A DNA stretch of 64,000 nt. Origin: Nitrospirota bacterium (GTDB lineage: Bacteria > Nitrospirota > UBA9217). Below are positions 18,975 through 31,933 of the stretch, piece by piece. A model generated the notes under the pieces. The model did not search any database. It worked only from the letters and a program-made list of their open reading frames with translations, and was not told the DNA's origin. Both the position numbers and the translations under genes were made by a program. Position 1 is the first letter of the stretch. Each line of letters opens with the position of its first letter. The stretch lies in assembly GCA_963790205.1 (NCBI GenBank), contig CAWBNQ010000002.1:32001-96000 (forward strand), given 5' to 3'.

Positions 18975-20225
18975 TTATCGTTTCACGCGGGAGCGGAAAC
19001 GGCTTTTGTCCTGACTGGGGTGGCGGAGGGCAAGGCGCTCTTTGTCGCTTCGTTGTTTTTCTTCGTGAGTTCTCCGGATTTCCCGGACATACATGCTTTC
19101 TTCGGCCCATGCGACAGGGATCTTCTGGCCGATATATTTTTCTATCTCTTCGAGCGAATAAACGTATTCCTCATCGGCCAGCGAAATGGCCTTGCCGGCT
19201 GCGCCGGCGCGGCCCGTGCGGCCGATGCGGTGCACATAGTCTTCGGCGTCCTGCGGCAGGTCCAGGTTGATGACGTGGGTCACGCCCTCGACATGAATGC
19301 CGCGGCTGGCGACGTCGGTGGCCACCAGGATCGGGAGTTTGCCATCCTTGAAATCCGCGAGGATCCGGAGCCGCTTTTTCTGAATGATGTCGCCGGTGAT
19401 GGCCTCCACTTTCCATCCGTTTCGATTCAGGCGTTCGACCACCATGTCGGCGGCGCGGCGCGTGTTCACGAAGATGAGGGCGCGCTCCGGGGCTTCCCGC
19501 TTGAGGAGGCCGAGCAGAAGCGGGATCTTCTCGTGCTTCCCCACATGGTAGAGGACCTGCTCGACCTGCTCGACGGTGACCTTCTCGGGCGTGATCGAAA
19601 TCTTTTCCGGCAGGTTCATGTGCTCGTAGGCAAGTTCCATCACGCGATAGGAGAGCGTGGCGGAAAAGAGCATGGACTGGCGTTTGGAATAAGGCGGCAT
19701 CTTCTTGATGAGGTAGCGAAGGTCGTCGATGAACCCCATGTCGAACATGCGGTCCGCCTCGTCGATGATCAGATACCGGGTTTTCTTGAGGCTGTACACG
19801 TGCTGCTTGTAGTAGTCGATGAGCCTGCCGGGCGTCCCGATAAGAACATCGACGCCTTTTTGCAGCGTGTCCATTTGTTTCTGATAGTCGACGCCGCCGT
19901 ATACGGCGAGAAACCGGAAGCCCGTGAACTTGCCGAGCCGTTCAGCCTCGTGGTAAATCTGGTCCGCGAGTTCGCGCGTAGGCGCTATGATCAATGCCTG
20001 CGGCGAGTTCTCGCAATCCTGGGCCGGGACCCGTATCATTCTCGTAAAGAGCGAAATGAGGAAGGCAGCCGTCTTGCCGGTGCCGGTCTGCGCCTGCGCT
20101 GCAACATCTTCGCCGCGAACAGCACGCGGGATAACCGCTTCCTGAACCGGCGTGCAGGCCGTGAAGCCAACATGCTCGATGCCCTGCTGTACTTCGTAGG
20201 GAAGGTCTAGTTCACTAAAGTTCAT
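18975..20225 (-). CDS. rhlB: DEAD-box RNA helicase, RhlB-like
   Basis: AQTGTGKT, PTREL, DEADRMFDMGFI, SAT and HRIGRTGRAG motifs. Confidence 0.88.
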   Translation of the reverse strand: MNFSELDLPYEVQQGIEHVGFTACTPVQEAVIPRAVRGEDVAAQAQTGTGKTAAFLISLFTRMIRVPAQDCENSPQALIIAPTRELADQIYHEAERLGKFTGFRFLAVYGGVDYQKQMDTLQKGVDVLIGTPGRLIDYYKQHVYSLKKTRYLIIDEADRMFDMGFIDDLRYLIKKMPPYSKRQSMLFSATLSYRVMELAYEHMNLPEKISITPEKVTVEQVEQVLYHVGKHEKIPLLLGLLKREAPERALIFVNTRRAADMVVERLNRNGWKVEAITGDIIQKKRLRILADFKDGKLPILVATDVASRGIHVEGVTHVINLDLPQDAEDYVHRIGRTGRAGAAGKAISLADEEYVYSLEEIEKYIGQKIPVAWAEESMYVREIRRTHEEKQRSDKERLALRHPSQDKSRFRSRVKR

Positions 20226-20700
20226 ACATCTCCGATCGTTGTTGAAGACATTACGTCAACAAATTATTTTATGTAGTATACCATAACTGCACTCATGAGA
20301 GAAGGGGAAAATTCAGGCAGTTCGACGATTGCCGCGCCGCCGAGGCAAGAGGATTGACTTTTTAGACTCACGCAAAAGAGAAAAAAATCAGACATCGAGA
20401 GCGCTTCACGGTGTTATGGGATTCCGTTCATGGATTCGTTCGAAGAAGGCGAGAGGCCGCTTCGAAATATTTCCTCTGTTTGTGCGGAATTTCGAGTCAA
20501 AAAGCAATTTATGATGTCACCCTATATTTTTAACGCGGTTCTCGCCGGATTTTAAGGCGCTTCTTAGCGGAGAATGTTATAACAATAAAATTGGTAAAAA
20601 TGTAATTTAACCATTATTTTTTGTACTTTTTTTGTTTGTGCAAAAAACGGTGTTGATAAATTGTCTAACATACGGAAAACTAATTTCTTAATCTTTTTTG

Positions 20701-20749
20701 TTGACAAAACGTACACTCTTGTTGTATATTTGTCTACGAGGTGAACAAA
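20701..20749 (+). promoter_or_regulatory. sigma70-like promoter with an overlapping imperfect palindromic operator
   Basis: TTGACA-N18-TATATT; TTTGTCTAC-GAG-GTGAACAAA at 20729-20749, just before the GTG start. Confidence 0.6.
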
Positions 20750-20751
20750 AC

Positions 20752-21318
20752 GTGCTGACAAAACTCTTCTCTTCCACGAGAGCGGAGCTTTTAGGCCTGT
20801 TCTTTAACAATCCGGATGACAAGTTCTACTTGAGAGAGATCGCACGCCACATCGGAAAAGATGCAGCGGGGATCAAGCGGGAGCTTGACAATCTGGTTAG
20901 GATAGGGCTCCTGGCAAAAGAGAAACGGGGTGTACAAAAATACTACTTCGCGAACAAAAACTCCCCCATCTTCTCGGAAATGAAAGGTCTCATATTCAAG
21001 ACCACGGGAGCGCAGGGGGCGATGAAGGCATCGCTCTCCCGGCTGAAAGGGGTCCAGGCGGCCTTCATATACGGGTCCTATGCCAAGGGCACCGAAAAAG
21101 AGGACAGCAACATCAACCTCATGGTCATCGGCCAGGCGAACATCACGGAACTGAACGACATGGTGATGAACCTGGAGGAGAAGCTGCAGCGGGAGATCGA
21201 TTATCTGGTCTTCGACGAGCAGGAATACCGGAAGCGCAAAGAATCGAAGGACCCGTTCATCCGGGAGTTGCTGAAAGGCAAGAAGATATTTCTGGTAGGC
21301 AAGGAAGATGAATTATAG
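20752..21318 (+). CDS. wHTH-MNT nucleotidyltransferase-fold protein with catalytic DxD replaced by NxN
   Basis: N-terminal wHTH (YLREIAR...KRELDNL...GLL); FIYGSYAKG...EDSNINLMVIG. Confidence 0.88.
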   Translation: MLTKLFSSTRAELLGLFFNNPDDKFYLREIARHIGKDAAGIKRELDNLVRIGLLAKEKRGVQKYYFANKNSPIFSEMKGLIFKTTGAQGAMKASLSRLKGVQAAFIYGSYAKGTEKEDSNINLMVIGQANITELNDMVMNLEEKLQREIDYLVFDEQEYRKRKESKDPFIRELLKGKKIFLVGKEDEL

Positions 21319-21793
21319 TGCGCTCAAAGAAATGGGGATCGTCGAGGAGCGGACCGCGGAAATTGCCGAGGTCATCGCGCTGGTGACCAGGGCGGAACGG
21401 GACCTCTCGACGAGCAAACTTCTGCAGGATAAAGATGAAGAGTGGGCGTTTGCCGCGGCCTACCAGGCGATGGCCCGTTCGGCAAGGGCGCTTATCCTCT
21501 CCGAAGGGTTCCGGCCCAAGGGGGTCCGCGGCAGGGACACCCATAAGACGGTGGTCACGGCATCGGGCATCATCCTCGGTGAACAGTATAAGAGCATGAT
21601 CAATAAGTTCGACCGTATGCGGAGAAAATATCAGAACTTCATGGAAGAGGCCGGCAGGATCATCTCCCGCTACGAGGCGGACCAGGCCAACAAGGACGCA
21701 GAAGAGTTTCTGAAGATCGTGAACGGCAGGATCCGGGAGAAGTACTCGCAGATGTCACTGCTGAATGATGTTCCTCAGCTTGTTTCAAGATAA
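21308..21793 (+). CDS. HEPN-fold protein lacking the catalytic R-x4-H
   Basis: AERDL...AYQAM..SARAL...GFRP...HKT HEPN pattern; active-site segment reads DRMRRKYQNF. Overlaps the MNT stop. Confidence 0.85.
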   Translation: MNYSALKEMGIVEERTAEIAEVIALVTRAERDLSTSKLLQDKDEEWAFAAAYQAMARSARALILSEGFRPKGVRGRDTHKTVVTASGIILGEQYKSMINKFDRMRRKYQNFMEEAGRIISRYEADQANKDAEEFLKIVNGRIREKYSQMSLLNDVPQLVSR

Positions 21794-21840
21794 GGCCGCT
21801 TAGGTCCGAACGCGGTATGCCGAAAGGGGGTGGACAACTA

Positions 21841-21897
21841 ATGGCAGCCAAGAAGAAGGCCAAGAAGAAGGCGAAGAAGAAAGCCAAAAAGAAGTAG
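21841..21897 (+). CDS. lysine-rich micropeptide MAAKKKAKKKAKKKAKKK (18 aa)
   Basis: GAAAGGGGGTG Shine-Dalgarno upstream, mixed AAG/AAA and GCC/GCG codons, GC hairpin downstream. Confidence 0.65.
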   Translation: MAAKKKAKKKAKKKAKKK

Positions 21898-22073
21898 TTT
21901 TGTAAGGTGTCCCCGGAGTGGGGCCCGCCGGGGGCTTGAATGCCCCCGGCGTATTTCATCGGATTAATCGGGTACGTTCCCTCTCCGGGACGAAATTCAT
22001 GCAATCCGGCATTTCGGCTTTATACGCGCATCATGACGAATCAATCCTATGATGAAAGGGGGTGAAGATTATA

Positions 22074-22130
22074 ATGGCGACCAAGAAAGCCCCGGCAAAA
22101 AAAGCGAAAAAGACCACGAAAAAGAAATAA
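22074..22130 (+). CDS. lysine-rich micropeptide MATKKAPAKKAKKTTKKK (18 aa)
   Basis: Same GAAAGGGGGTG upstream motif and same length as the ORF at 21841; followed by a hairpin and U-tract near 22178-22208. Confidence 0.65.
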   Translation: MATKKAPAKKAKKTTKKK

Positions 22131-22280
22131 CTCATTCAGCCATGGGATATTTCTCTATCCATAGCCATGAATCTCTACCACGAAGAAGATCTTCGTGGTT
22201 TTGTTTTTAGCCACCCGTTAGGCGGCAGGCAAGGCATATCCTCAGGCAGGACGGGTCCCCGGGCCGGAGTAGTGTGCATC

Positions 22281-22607
22281 ATGCGTAAACGAAACTATAT
22301 GAAGGTTGACCGGAGTTCCAATGCAGCGCGCTGGAAGAAAGTGTTTCTCGGAATCGGCTTTCTTCTCGGGATGTACTTTCTCGCGTCGTTCACGCTGGGA
22401 GAAATGGGACTGGTAAAGTATTTTCGCATGAAGGCGCAATATCATGCCCTCATCGAAGAGATCGCGCAACTGAAGCAGGACAATGCAAAGCTTACGCAGG
22501 ACGTTCATTCCCTCAGATCCGACCCTGCCTGCATCGAACGGATTGCACGGGACAAACTGGGGCTTGCGCGTCCGGGCGAGATAGTGTACTATTATGGAAA
22601 ACCCTGA
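22281..22607 (+). CDS. ftsB: septum formation initiator (FtsB/DivIC family)
   Basis: One TM helix, coiled coil, IERIARDKLGLARPGEIVY. Confidence 0.85.
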   Translation: MRKRNYMKVDRSSNAARWKKVFLGIGFLLGMYFLASFTLGEMGLVKYFRMKAQYHALIEEIAQLKQDNAKLTQDVHSLRSDPACIERIARDKLGLARPGEIVYYYGKP

Positions 22608-22745
22608 CGAATCAAGCCTGAAATTCTGAATCCTCAAGTCTCAACAGGAGCAAAACAAGAAATTCAAATGTTCAAAACAGTTTTCTGTTTCGATCAGAGA
22701 ATTTTTTGAGTGTTGAGCCTGGGATTTGATTTTATCCTTCTATAC

Positions 22746-24975
22746 ATGGCCGACCAACCCCTGTACATAGCCTTTGTCTGGCACATGCACCAGCCCTATT
22801 ATAAGGACGATATCACGGGCTCTTACATCCTTCCCTGGGTACGGATGCACGGGATCAAGGACTACTACGACATGCCCGCGCTCCTGACCGATTTCCCCGA
22901 CATCCACCAGACATTCAATCTCGTGCCTTCCCTCCTGAAGCAGATACAGGATTACGTGGAGAACGGCGCCACGGACAAGTTTCTAGCCCTCACGCTGAAG
23001 CCCGCCGCCGAGCTCGACCAGGAAGACAAACTGTTCCTGCTCAAGAACTCCTTTATGGCGAACTGGGACACCATGATCAAGCCCTACCCTGCCTATTGGC
23101 AATTGCTCGACCGCAGGGGCTACAGTGTTTCTCCCAACGACCTGCAGAACGCGACGCGTTACTATACTACGCAGGACTATCTCGATCTTCAGGTCTGGTT
23201 CAACCTGACCTGGTTCGATCCGCTCTTTAAGAATAACGATCCCTTTCTCAAAGGGCTCATCCGGAAAGGATCGGGATTTACCGAGAACGAGAAGACGCTC
23301 CTCGATTCAGAAGCAGCGCGAGGTGATGGCGCTTATCATCCCTGAGTACCGGAAGCTTTCCGAGATGGGCAGGATCGAACTCACGACCACGCCCTTTTAC
23401 CATCCGATCCTGCCGCTTCTCTACGACACGGACCTCGCCAAGGTGGCCTCGCCGGATATCCATCTGCCGTCCAACCGTTTTGCTCATCCCGAAGATGCCA
23501 GGGCCCAGATCGGGAGGGCCGTCGAATATCACGAAAAGCTGTTCGGTTCGCGCCCCGCCGGCATGTGGCCGGCCGAGGGTTCGGTGGCCGAGGAGATCAT
23601 CCCGCTTATCGCCGACGCCGGCATCAAGTGGATCGGTACGGACGAGGGCGTGCTTGCCCGGTCGCTCGGCATTCACATCGAGCGCGACTTCGCCGGGGTG
23701 ATGAAGAACCCCGAGGTGCTCTATAAACCCTACCTGGCCGGCAAGAACGACAAACGAGTGTCCGTCGTGTTCCGTGACCATACGCTCTCGGACCTCGTCG
23801 GTTTCGTGTACTCCAAATGGGATTATAAGAACGCCGTGCATGACCTCATCGACCGGCTTCACCGGGTGCGCCGGAGCGTCGTTGACGGGTCCCATCTGGT
23901 CTCGATCATCCTGGACGGAGAGAACGCCTGGGAGTATTACCAGAACGACGGCAGGGATTTTTTCCTTTATCTCTATGAAAAACTGAGCCGGGAGCAGGGG
24001 CTCAAATGCGTGTCCGTCGGCGAGTATCTGAAAGAGCATCCGGCACAGACGCCGATCGAACGGCTTCACGCGGGTTCGTGGATCAACGCGAATTACCGGA
24101 TTTGGATCGGGCATGAGGAGGACAACCGGGCCTGGGACCTCCTCGCGCAGACGCGCGACGCGCTCGTCGAATACGCGTCGAGGAACGGCGATCCGGAAAA
24201 GACCTCGGCGAGCTCAGTCGAGGCGCTCGCCAAGGCCTGGGAAGAGATCTACATCGCCGAAGGGAGCGACTGGTGCTGGTGGTACGGCGACGACCACTTT
24301 TCCGAGAACGACGAGGAATTCGACCTCCTGTTCCGGACGCACCTCATGAATGTTTACCGCATCATCGGCCTCGACGTGCCGGACGAACTCCAGATTTCCA
24401 TTCTTCGCGAAGACCGCCAGGCGTTGCCGACGGTCGAGCTCACGGCCTTCATCACGCCGGTGATCGACGGCCAGGTGACGAATTATTTCGAGTGGCTTCC
24501 CGCCGGGTTCTACGACGTGAGCCAGGGTGGCGGCGCCATGCATCGCAGCGCCACCATCATCACGCACATCTACTATGGGTTCGACCTGAAGAACCTGTTC
24601 ATCCGCCTCGACCCGAGCGGAAGTCTCAAGGACGAGAAGGTCGCGGACCTCGCTTTTTTCATTAATTTCTTGAATCCCAAGGGTCTGGATGTGGAGATTC
24701 GCGTCCTGCCCCAGGAACGGCGCGTGAGCGCGGCCCTCTTCCGGGGAGAGAACGGCGCGAGGACGCAGGCGGGGGAGATCAATACCGTGGCTGCGAATGA
24801 GATCATCGAGCTTGCGGTCCCCTTCGACCTGCTCGGCGTTAAACCGAACGACGAGGTGCAGATATTCGTGACGGTGGAGCGCTCGGGCTCGGAGGTCGAA
24901 AAATGGCCCTACCGCGGCTATATCCAGTTCAAGGTCCCCACCGACGACTTCGAGGCAATGATGTGGCAGGTGTAA
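22746..24975 (+). pseudogene. GH57 glycoside hydrolase (amylopullulanase-like), split by a 1-nt insertion
   Basis: WHMHQPYY in the first frame; TPFYHPILPLL, WPAEG, LDGENAWE and EGSDWCWW in the second. Frame change at about 23304-23307 (GATTCAG). Could be a sequencing error. Confidence 0.8.
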
Positions 24976-25083
24976 TGCAGACCCTGTCGGGCTGGCCATT
25001 TTAATCCGTTCCGAAGCTCTTTTTCTCCTCGCTTCATAATTATATTTTATGCCTCTATTATCAGAATAAAATCCGATATTTTC

Positions 25084-25111
25084 TTGACAACATAAGGGTT
25101 TTTTGTATAAT
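25084..25111 (+). promoter_or_regulatory. consensus sigma70 promoter of glyQ
   Basis: TTGACA-N16-TATAAT. Confidence 0.7.
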
Positions 25112-25160
25112 AGCACTCTATTTTTCTATCTTTCCGGGCTTTTCCATGCAGGGGTAATCA

Positions 25161-26054
<894 letters not shown>

Positions 26055-26172
26055 ACAGGGGAAAAACGAAATCGTACCAACGGATGATCACAGAATAAAG
26101 TAAAACAAGCTCGCGATTTAATCCGTGTTTATCCGTGTTCATCTGTGGTTAATCTAGTTTTAGGAGTTTTGT

Positions 26173-28263
26173 TTGGCTAAAGAATTCTTATTAGAGATCG
26201 GCACTGAAGAGATCCCGTCGAGCTTTATCAATCCGGCGCTTGAGAAGATGAAGGAGCTCTTTGCCGCGCTCGCGGCTTCGGGCCGTGTCGCAATCGAGGA
26301 CGGGCAGGTCCAGGCCTTCGGCACGCCGCGGCGGCTTGTTCTCTTTGCTCCCCAGCTCGCCGAGCAACAGCAGGACATTTCAAAAGAGGTCGTCGGTCCG
26401 CCGAAGAAGGTCTCTTTCGACTCCGAAGGCAAGCCGACCAAAGCGGCCTTGGTCTTTGCGGAGAAGAATGGCGTGTCCGTTGACGCGCTCACCATGAGGT
26501 CCACGGACAAGGGCGAATACGTGGTCGCCCGGATCGATGAAAAAGGCGGCGATACCGTTGACTGGCTCAGACAGGCGCTGCCGGGGTTCATCCTTTCCAT
26601 CCCGTTCCAGAAGACCATGCGCTGGATGGACAAGGACATCCGATTTGCCCGCCCCATTCACTGGCTCCTGGCGCTCTGGGGCGGCTCGGTGGTGGATTTT
26701 GAGTTGAACGGCATCAGGAGCGGAAACCTCTCGCGCGGACACCGGTTTATGAGCCCCGGGGCGTTCATGGTAAAGGACTTCAAGTCCTATATTCAGCAGG
26801 CGGAGCCGAACAGCGTCATCATCGATCCCCAGGCGCGAAAGCAGCGGATCGAGAAGCAGATTAGGGAACTGGCGCAGGCGAAAGGCGGCGTTGTGCTCGA
26901 CGACCCGGGCCTGGTGGAGGAAGTGGCGAATCTCGTTGAATATCCGGTCGCGGTGATGGGGTCCTTTGACAAGGATTATCTCCGCGTGCCGAAAGAGGTC
27001 CTGATCACTGCCATGCGCGAGCACCAGCGGTACTTCAGCGTGGTGGGAGCCGACGGCGGGCTTTTGCCCTGTTTCATCACCATCAGCAACACCCGCGCCG
27101 AGGACATGAACGTGGTCCGCGGCGGCAATGAGCGCGTGCTCGCGGCGCGACTTGCGGATGCGGCCTATTTCTTCGATCATGACGTGAAGGTCCCCCTGGC
27201 GGAGCGGGTAGCGGGGCTTAAGAAAGTCACGTACCAGGAAAAGCTCGGCACGGTCTATGATAAGCTTGAGAGGGTGAAGACGCTTGCGGTCGCCCTCGCC
27301 GGCATTCTCAAGGCCGATACGAAGACCGTCGAGCGGGCGGCGTATCTTTGCAAGGCGGACCTGATCACGGGTGTCGTGGGCGAGTTTCCCAAGCTCCAGG
27401 GAGTGATGGGCAGGCACTATGCGCTTATTTCCGGCGAGGACCCGAAGGTCGCGGACGCTATTGTCGAACATTACCTGCCGCGCTTTGCCGGTGACAAACT
27501 GCCCGTTTCGCTCGAGGGTATGTGCGTGGGGATCGCCGACCGGATCGACACGATCACCGGATGTTTCTACGCGGGACTCATCCCGAGCGGGTCCGAGGAC
27601 CCCTACGGCCTGCGCCGGCAGTCCATGGCCATCCTGAACATGCTGATCGAGCGCGGCCAGCGGCTGTCACTTGCGGAGCTTATCGCCGAGACCTGTAAAG
27701 GATACGGCATCAAGAAGAATGACAAGATGAAGGTCGGGAGCGACACGCTCGATTTCTTCCGCCAGCGGCTTGCAGGGATACTCGCATCCGACGGCTTCCG
27801 CTCCGACATTGTTGATGCCGCGCTGTCCGTCGATTTTGACGATCCGCTCATCGCACGAGAGAAGGTACGGGCGCTCGAGGCCCTGAGGACGTCGGAAGAT
27901 TATCAGCCGCTCGTTACGGCGCTCAAACGGGCCGGAAACATTCTGCCGAAGCAGTTCGAGGGAACGGTCAAAAAGGGCCTTCTCAAGGAGGATGCGGAAA
28001 AGGCGCTCTATACGGCGTATAGCGAGATCAAGGACCGGGCGGTAGAAAAGACCGCGAAGCTCGACTTCCGCGGCGCGCTCGCCGACATCGCATCGCTCAG
28101 GAAACCGGTTGACGCCTTCTTCGATACGGTCATGGTTATGGATAAGGATGAGGAGGTAAAGAGCAATCGCCTGTCGCTCCTGGCGGGAATCACCGGGCTC
28201 TTCTCCCGGATCGCGGATTTCTCGCGGCTGGTGCTGGGTATGGAGAGCGAACTGAAGAACTGA
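26173..28263 (+). CDS. glyS: glycine-tRNA ligase beta subunit
   Basis: LLEIGTEEIP, TPRRL, EFPKLQG and SEDPYGLRR motifs. Confidence 0.97.
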   Translation: MAKEFLLEIGTEEIPSSFINPALEKMKELFAALAASGRVAIEDGQVQAFGTPRRLVLFAPQLAEQQQDISKEVVGPPKKVSFDSEGKPTKAALVFAEKNGVSVDALTMRSTDKGEYVVARIDEKGGDTVDWLRQALPGFILSIPFQKTMRWMDKDIRFARPIHWLLALWGGSVVDFELNGIRSGNLSRGHRFMSPGAFMVKDFKSYIQQAEPNSVIIDPQARKQRIEKQIRELAQAKGGVVLDDPGLVEEVANLVEYPVAVMGSFDKDYLRVPKEVLITAMREHQRYFSVVGADGGLLPCFITISNTRAEDMNVVRGGNERVLAARLADAAYFFDHDVKVPLAERVAGLKKVTYQEKLGTVYDKLERVKTLAVALAGILKADTKTVERAAYLCKADLITGVVGEFPKLQGVMGRHYALISGEDPKVADAIVEHYLPRFAGDKLPVSLEGMCVGIADRIDTITGCFYAGLIPSGSEDPYGLRRQSMAILNMLIERGQRLSLAELIAETCKGYGIKKNDKMKVGSDTLDFFRQRLAGILASDGFRSDIVDAALSVDFDDPLIAREKVRALEALRTSEDYQPLVTALKRAGNILPKQFEGTVKKGLLKEDAEKALYTAYSEIKDRAVEKTAKLDFRGALADIASLRKPVDAFFDTVMVMDKDEEVKSNRLSLLAGITGLFSRIADFSRLVLGMESELKN

Positions 28264-28368
28264 AACGGTGAAACGGAGAAACGGCGAATCGGAGAAGAGG
28301 AGGTTGTTCCCGATCCGGGCATTTCCGGTTCATAAATTTCCTTTTCAAAAAAATGGGAGGATAGTCAC

Positions 28369-31053
<2,685 letters not shown>

Positions 31054-31073
31054 CCTTTGATCCAACTTTGACG

Positions 31074-31097
31074 AGGGCGGCGAAAGCCGCCCTTTTT
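31074..31097 (+). terminator. rho-independent terminator
   Basis: AGGGCGGC-GAAA-GCCGCCCT followed by a T run. Confidence 0.85.
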
Positions 31098-31203
31098 GTC
31101 GGTGTCCGCTTTTTAAAAAATATCTATAGCGACATGAGGTCAAGAACTTTATCCAGACGTCTTATCGCATGATGGGCGGGGAGGGACTCTCGTTTTACAA
31201 GGA

Positions 31204-31611
31204 TTATTTTGTCTGCACAATGGACCCGCCGCTCTTTTTAAGAGAATCGAGAATCGTGTCGACGACGACCGTGGGGTCTTTTAACGGCCCCGAGCCCGCG
31301 AGTTTTTCCTGGATGCTCTGCTCTTCATCCGGGGAAAGGGGCGCGAACTTGATCCCTCCCCGGTACTTGTTCCCGAGCTGCTTGCTCCACATGAGCAAAC
31401 CGCCTTTTCGGCCGCAAACCGTGTCGAAAAACCATACGAAACCGGGGTCTATTCGACTCTCCGCCTCGACCCCGGCCCCCTGGGGGCTCATGTCGACGAC
31501 ACTCACGACAAAGTCTGTCCAGTCCAGTCGTTTGAAGCTGATCACGCTCATCGAATAGTCTTTTTTATCCATGACGGGCTGCCTCGGCATAAGTCTCATT
31601 TCGGTCATCAT
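31204..31611 (-). CDS. PilZ-like domain protein
   Basis: RxxxR (RLMPR) and DxSxxG (DMSPQG) motifs, then GIKF. Confidence 0.6.
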   Translation of the reverse strand: MMTEMRLMPRQPVMDKKDYSMSVISFKRLDWTDFVVSVVDMSPQGAGVEAESRIDPGFVWFFDTVCGRKGGLLMWSKQLGNKYRGGIKFAPLSPDEEQSIQEKLAGSGPLKDPTVVVDTILDSLKKSGGSIVQTK

Positions 31612-31933
31612 GATGTCACCTCTGGTTGTTAGAAGATCGGCTAACCTCTTCTTTTAGTTTATCGCATTAACAGCGGAAGTAAAAACGCATCTTTTGCATT
31701 AAACTGTTTCTCCGCCTTAAGCATGATAACCGTGCATGAATACAGCGTCCCGGTACGATCAGTAAACTCCGTTAGGCCGTGCTTGGTCCGACTAACAGTG
31801 TGAACCCTAATCTCAAGAACAATGATGCCTTTGCCCGCGGGAACCGGCGGCTTTTTTCATGGAGTAAAGATACTATTGCCATGCGGGGTCATCTTTGCTA
31901 TATTCTCCTATCCGTGGGTTGGACGGAAGACGT

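Noticed and set aside
21660..22004. Minus-strand 114-aa ORF containing FFLAFFFAFFLAFF
   Set aside because: It is the antisense image of the Lys-rich micro-ORF, which has the Shine-Dalgarno signal on the + strand.
31640..31900. FMN riboswitch before ribD, or c-di-GMP riboswitch before the PilZ-like gene
   Set aside because: FMN consensus segments are absent, and the GEMM-like words (GGCCTAA, GGGACGC) are in the wrong order. An Rfam/Infernal scan would settle it.
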